Source: Candidatus Heimdallarchaeota archaeon
Lineage (GTDB): Archaea > Asgardarchaeota > Heimdallarchaeia > Hodarchaeales > Hodarchaeaceae
Assembly (NCBI GenBank): GCA_048881705.1
Contig: JBHLSH010000001.1
Location: 1-64,000, forward strand
Direction: 5' to 3'
DNA length: 64,000 nucleotides
Under the pieces are notes generated by a model that saw nothing but the letters and a program-made list of their open reading frames with translations, ran no database searches and had not been told where the DNA came from. How positions within the stretch are numbered: the first letter of the stretch is position 1; each line of letters begins with the position of its first letter. Shown here one piece after another: positions 61,581 through 64,000 of this stretch. The position numbers and the translations under genes were made by a program.

Positions 61581-61916
61581 ATGAGGGTTTGTCTTATGAA
61601 GGATGAGACGGAATCGGAATTGACCGTCGATACCCCCTGGGGTAAATTGATAACAGTAAAAGGACTGAAATTTCTACTTGACGGGTTCACTAACGATTTA
61701 AGGAAAATTGATGGCTCATTACGAAACATTGAGACTCGCCTTGCAGAATTAGAGTCAACTTTGCCGAGTAGGAACACTATAAGTCGAATTCAAGCCTTAG
61801 AGGGATCATTTAAATCGCTCGAAGAAGAGATTCAACAGTTTCGTGAGAATCAGACAAGATTCGCCTCACATTTGAAAAAAACCTTAGAGCTTTTTTACGC
61901 CCGTTTAGAAAACTAA
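61581..61916 (+). CDS. Small coiled-coil protein
   Basis: Heptad pattern FTNDLRKIDGSLRNIETRLAELE..LEGSFKSLEEEIQQF. Confidence 0.65.
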   Translation: MRVCLMKDETESELTVDTPWGKLITVKGLKFLLDGFTNDLRKIDGSLRNIETRLAELESTLPSRNTISRIQALEGSFKSLEEEIQQFRENQTRFASHLKKTLELFYARLEN

Positions 61917-61952
61917 GTCATTTAATTTGAACTTCGCTCCATCTAAGCGATT

Positions 61953-64000
61953 TCAAGGTATTTCATGATCGTCGGGGGAATTTAAAATTGCTTGAATACG
62001 CTTTGCAAGTTTTTCCCCTATCTGAGGGACAACGATTAGATCATTGATTTCAGCGGACGAAATCGCCTGAATTGAGGAAAATCTCTCCAATAAATTCTTG
62101 GCCTTAGTATGATTGACTCCGGGAATGGTAGAGAGTATAAATAGCTGGATTTCCTTGATACTGTGCGTCTTTTTACCAGCACTTGGCAAAGCTATCTCCG
62201 TTATTTTTTTTTCCTGTTCTCGTTTTGCTAACTGTAGTAAAAGAGCTGTTGTTTCCGAGGGGGAGAGAGTAAATATGATAGGAATTCGAAAGTCCAGGAT
62301 AATTGAACTAATAGCTCCCATGATTGAGTTCAATGAACCATATGGGATAATTCCCTCTGGTTCCAACTGAACCACAAGTAGGGGAACCTTTTGCTGTGCC
62401 AATCGTATCAATTGGGACTCCCGGCCAGGGGAGGAGGGCTGAAATAATCGCCCGTCGTGAACCGATCTGATGAAATCGGAATAAGTCTTTAATTCTACCA
62501 CAACACGATTAGAGAGTAGATAATCCCCAACTTCAAGTCTCTCCTGTTGGATCCGTGCCCCTTCTTTTCGGAGTAACCTGGGAATCTGATCACGAGTCTC
62601 ACGTGAATCGACAATGATTAGAGGCCCTTCCACTGGCTTCCTGGCCGATGACTCCTCTGTTTCTTCTGAAAAAAACGCATCTAAAGTTGACTGGGGCTTA
62701 TGAGTCACTGTCTTTTCAAGCAACTCAGGCAACTCTTTTCGTAAAAAGGTCTTCATTAACCTGTCCTTTTGTTTTATGGCCCAGTACATGGCCTCGTCAC
62801 GCGTTTTTTTTGTTACAAGATGGATTACTCTCGATTCCTTCATCCTTCCACGTCCTTGACGCTGAATTGCACGAACAACGGATGGTACGGAGTCATAAAA
62901 TACTACAAGATCGCAGTTTCCAACATCCAATCCCTCCTCTCCAACTGATGTACTCACCAACACCTGTGTATCTCCGTTTTTAAATTCCTCCAGTACTTGG
63001 AGCTGTTTTTTTTGGGAAAGCCCTTTATCCCCTCTAGTACTAGCGTGACCAAGAAATATCCCTATCTTGATGTCTGTCTTGCTAAGTTCCTCATCAAGGA
63101 AACGAACAGTATCCCGGTAATTACTGAAAACAATGATTTTCGACTCGTTTACTTTGTCCACTCTAAGGGCGGCCTGAATTTCTTTGATAAGGAGTTTGAG
63201 TTTCGGATGAACTAAGGCAGATTCCTTCATTGTACGTTCAATATTGCGGGTACGGGAATCTTCGAGGAATAACCGTAAAGCTTTGGAGGCATGCTTGTGA
63301 CGCCATTTTTGTATCGCCTTGATTGCTTGTGGAAATCCTTGGCTTTCAACGAGTTCCTTCAAATGTTGGACCCTAATTAGGTTGGAAGATACCAGTAAGA
63401 GATTTCCATATGCTTGATCCTGTTTTGTAAGTTTTATGACCCTCTGGTGGATATCCAATGCCTCACGTTTTCCCACATATCTCTTGGTCAAGATCCCAGG
63501 TACACCTTTTTTTAGTTCAGCAATTAATTCGTCCTGAAAGACCTGAAGGCCATTAAGAATCCCCTCGTACTCCGGTGGTAGGGATATCCAAACTACTTTG
63601 GGAGTATGAATAGAGATATATTGGTTTACATCCAAATCACTTGCATCGGTGACCGAAACCTTAGAAATTTTGAGATTGTTGCACACTTCCAAGATTTTTT
63701 CTGTATTATTTCCTGGAGTAGCCGTGAAACCAACCACCTGACATGTAGCTTGAGCGGCGATTCCTACATAGGCGTAGTCACCAGTAGCGCGATGAACTTC
63801 ATCGACACATAACAATCCGATACGCTCAAAGGTAATTCGTCCAAATGTTAGGTCATTCTCGATTGTTTGGGGAGTAGCCACTATTACTCTAGCAGAGGGG
63901 TACATAGGTTCTCTTTTACTAGGTGGAACATCCCCTGAGATCTCTAACACCATTTCATCTGAAAGGTTCGGGATGACTTCAACCAAAACCTCCTTGATTT
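61953..64000 (-). CDS. hef: Hef / FANCM-like SF2 helicase plus ERCC4 nuclease plus HhH; 5' end outside the window (partial)
   Basis: VATPQT, DEVH, TATPG, HPKL, IVFSNYRDT, STSVGEEGLDV, QRQGR, GDY..ELKT..D, PGV..KA..LL..F, PQIGEKLA; frame open to the window edge and motif I missing. Confidence 0.93.
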   Translation of the reverse strand, partial: IKEVLVEVIPNLSDEMVLEISGDVPPSKREPMYPSARVIVATPQTIENDLTFGRITFERIGLLCVDEVHRATGDYAYVGIAAQATCQVVGFTATPGNNTEKILEVCNNLKISKVSVTDASDLDVNQYISIHTPKVVWISLPPEYEGILNGLQVFQDELIAELKKGVPGILTKRYVGKREALDIHQRVIKLTKQDQAYGNLLLVSSNLIRVQHLKELVESQGFPQAIKAIQKWRHKHASKALRLFLEDSRTRNIERTMKESALVHPKLKLLIKEIQAALRVDKVNESKIIVFSNYRDTVRFLDEELSKTDIKIGIFLGHASTRGDKGLSQKKQLQVLEEFKNGDTQVLVSTSVGEEGLDVGNCDLVVFYDSVPSVVRAIQRQGRGRMKESRVIHLVTKKTRDEAMYWAIKQKDRLMKTFLRKELPELLEKTVTHKPQSTLDAFFSEETEESSARKPVEGPLIIVDSRETRDQIPRLLRKEGARIQQERLEVGDYLLSNRVVVELKTYSDFIRSVHDGRLFQPSSPGRESQLIRLAQQKVPLLVVQLEPEGIIPYGSLNSIMGAISSIILDFRIPIIFTLSPSETTALLLQLAKREQEKKITEIALPSAGKKTHSIKEIQLFILSTIPGVNHTKAKNLLERFSSIQAISSAEINDLIVVPQIGEKLAKRIQAILNSPDDHEIP

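Noticed and set aside
62470-62530. ERCC4 motif ELK instead of ERK suggesting an inactive Hef nuclease
   Set aside because: The catalytic D (GDY), E and K of the PD-(D/E)xK core are all retained, so inactivity is unsupported.
5550-63812. Remaining 60-130-aa ORF-track entries nested in or antisense to the called genes
   Set aside because: They overlap well-supported CDSs on the other strand or frame and lack recognisable motifs, so I treated them as chance ORFs.
1-64000. tRNA, rRNA, CRISPR arrays, transposases/integrases
   Set aside because: No T-loop GTTCRAATC cloverleaf, no regularly spaced direct repeats and no DDE/tyrosine-recombinase motifs seen. A scan with tRNAscan-SE/Infernal could still find divergent RNAs.

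Overview
A 64-kb gene-dense segment of an archaeal chromosome. It very probably comes from an Asgard archaeon, and Heimdallarchaeia is my inference. The markers are RadA with the Rad51-type Walker A GEFRTGKT, a Rag-type small GTPase, strongly eukaryote-like PriS/PriL, Cdc6/Orc1, Hef/FANCM and an archaeal histone. The window mixes information-processing genes (cdc6, radA, histone, valS, priL-priS, hef) with heterotrophic metabolism (glyoxylate reductase, aminotransferase, ornithine cyclodeaminase-like protein, two ALDHs, glpK, threonine dehydratase, peptidases). It also holds a mycobacterial Sdh1-like succinate dehydrogenase operon and an ion/osmotic homeostasis block (three MscS, NhaA, CorA). 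I saw no tRNA, rRNA, CRISPR array or transposase. The most notable observations are: (1) a chlI/chlD-like AAA+ and vWA gene pair joined by an A11 tract in exact -1 register, a candidate programmed frameshift; (2) a two-gene operon encoding a CBS-four-TM protein and an RGG-tail / TM / nested beta-sandwich / TM / zinc-ribbon / RING-like membrane protein; (3) an HhH-Rag GTPase-roadblock/longin-like fusion next to radA; (4) a histone with a short H3-like basic tail, preceded by unannotated small ORFs, including an acidic one with an internal TAG; (5) bacterial-type ValRS and type-F-like SDH. All family calls come from motif recognition by eye, with no database search.
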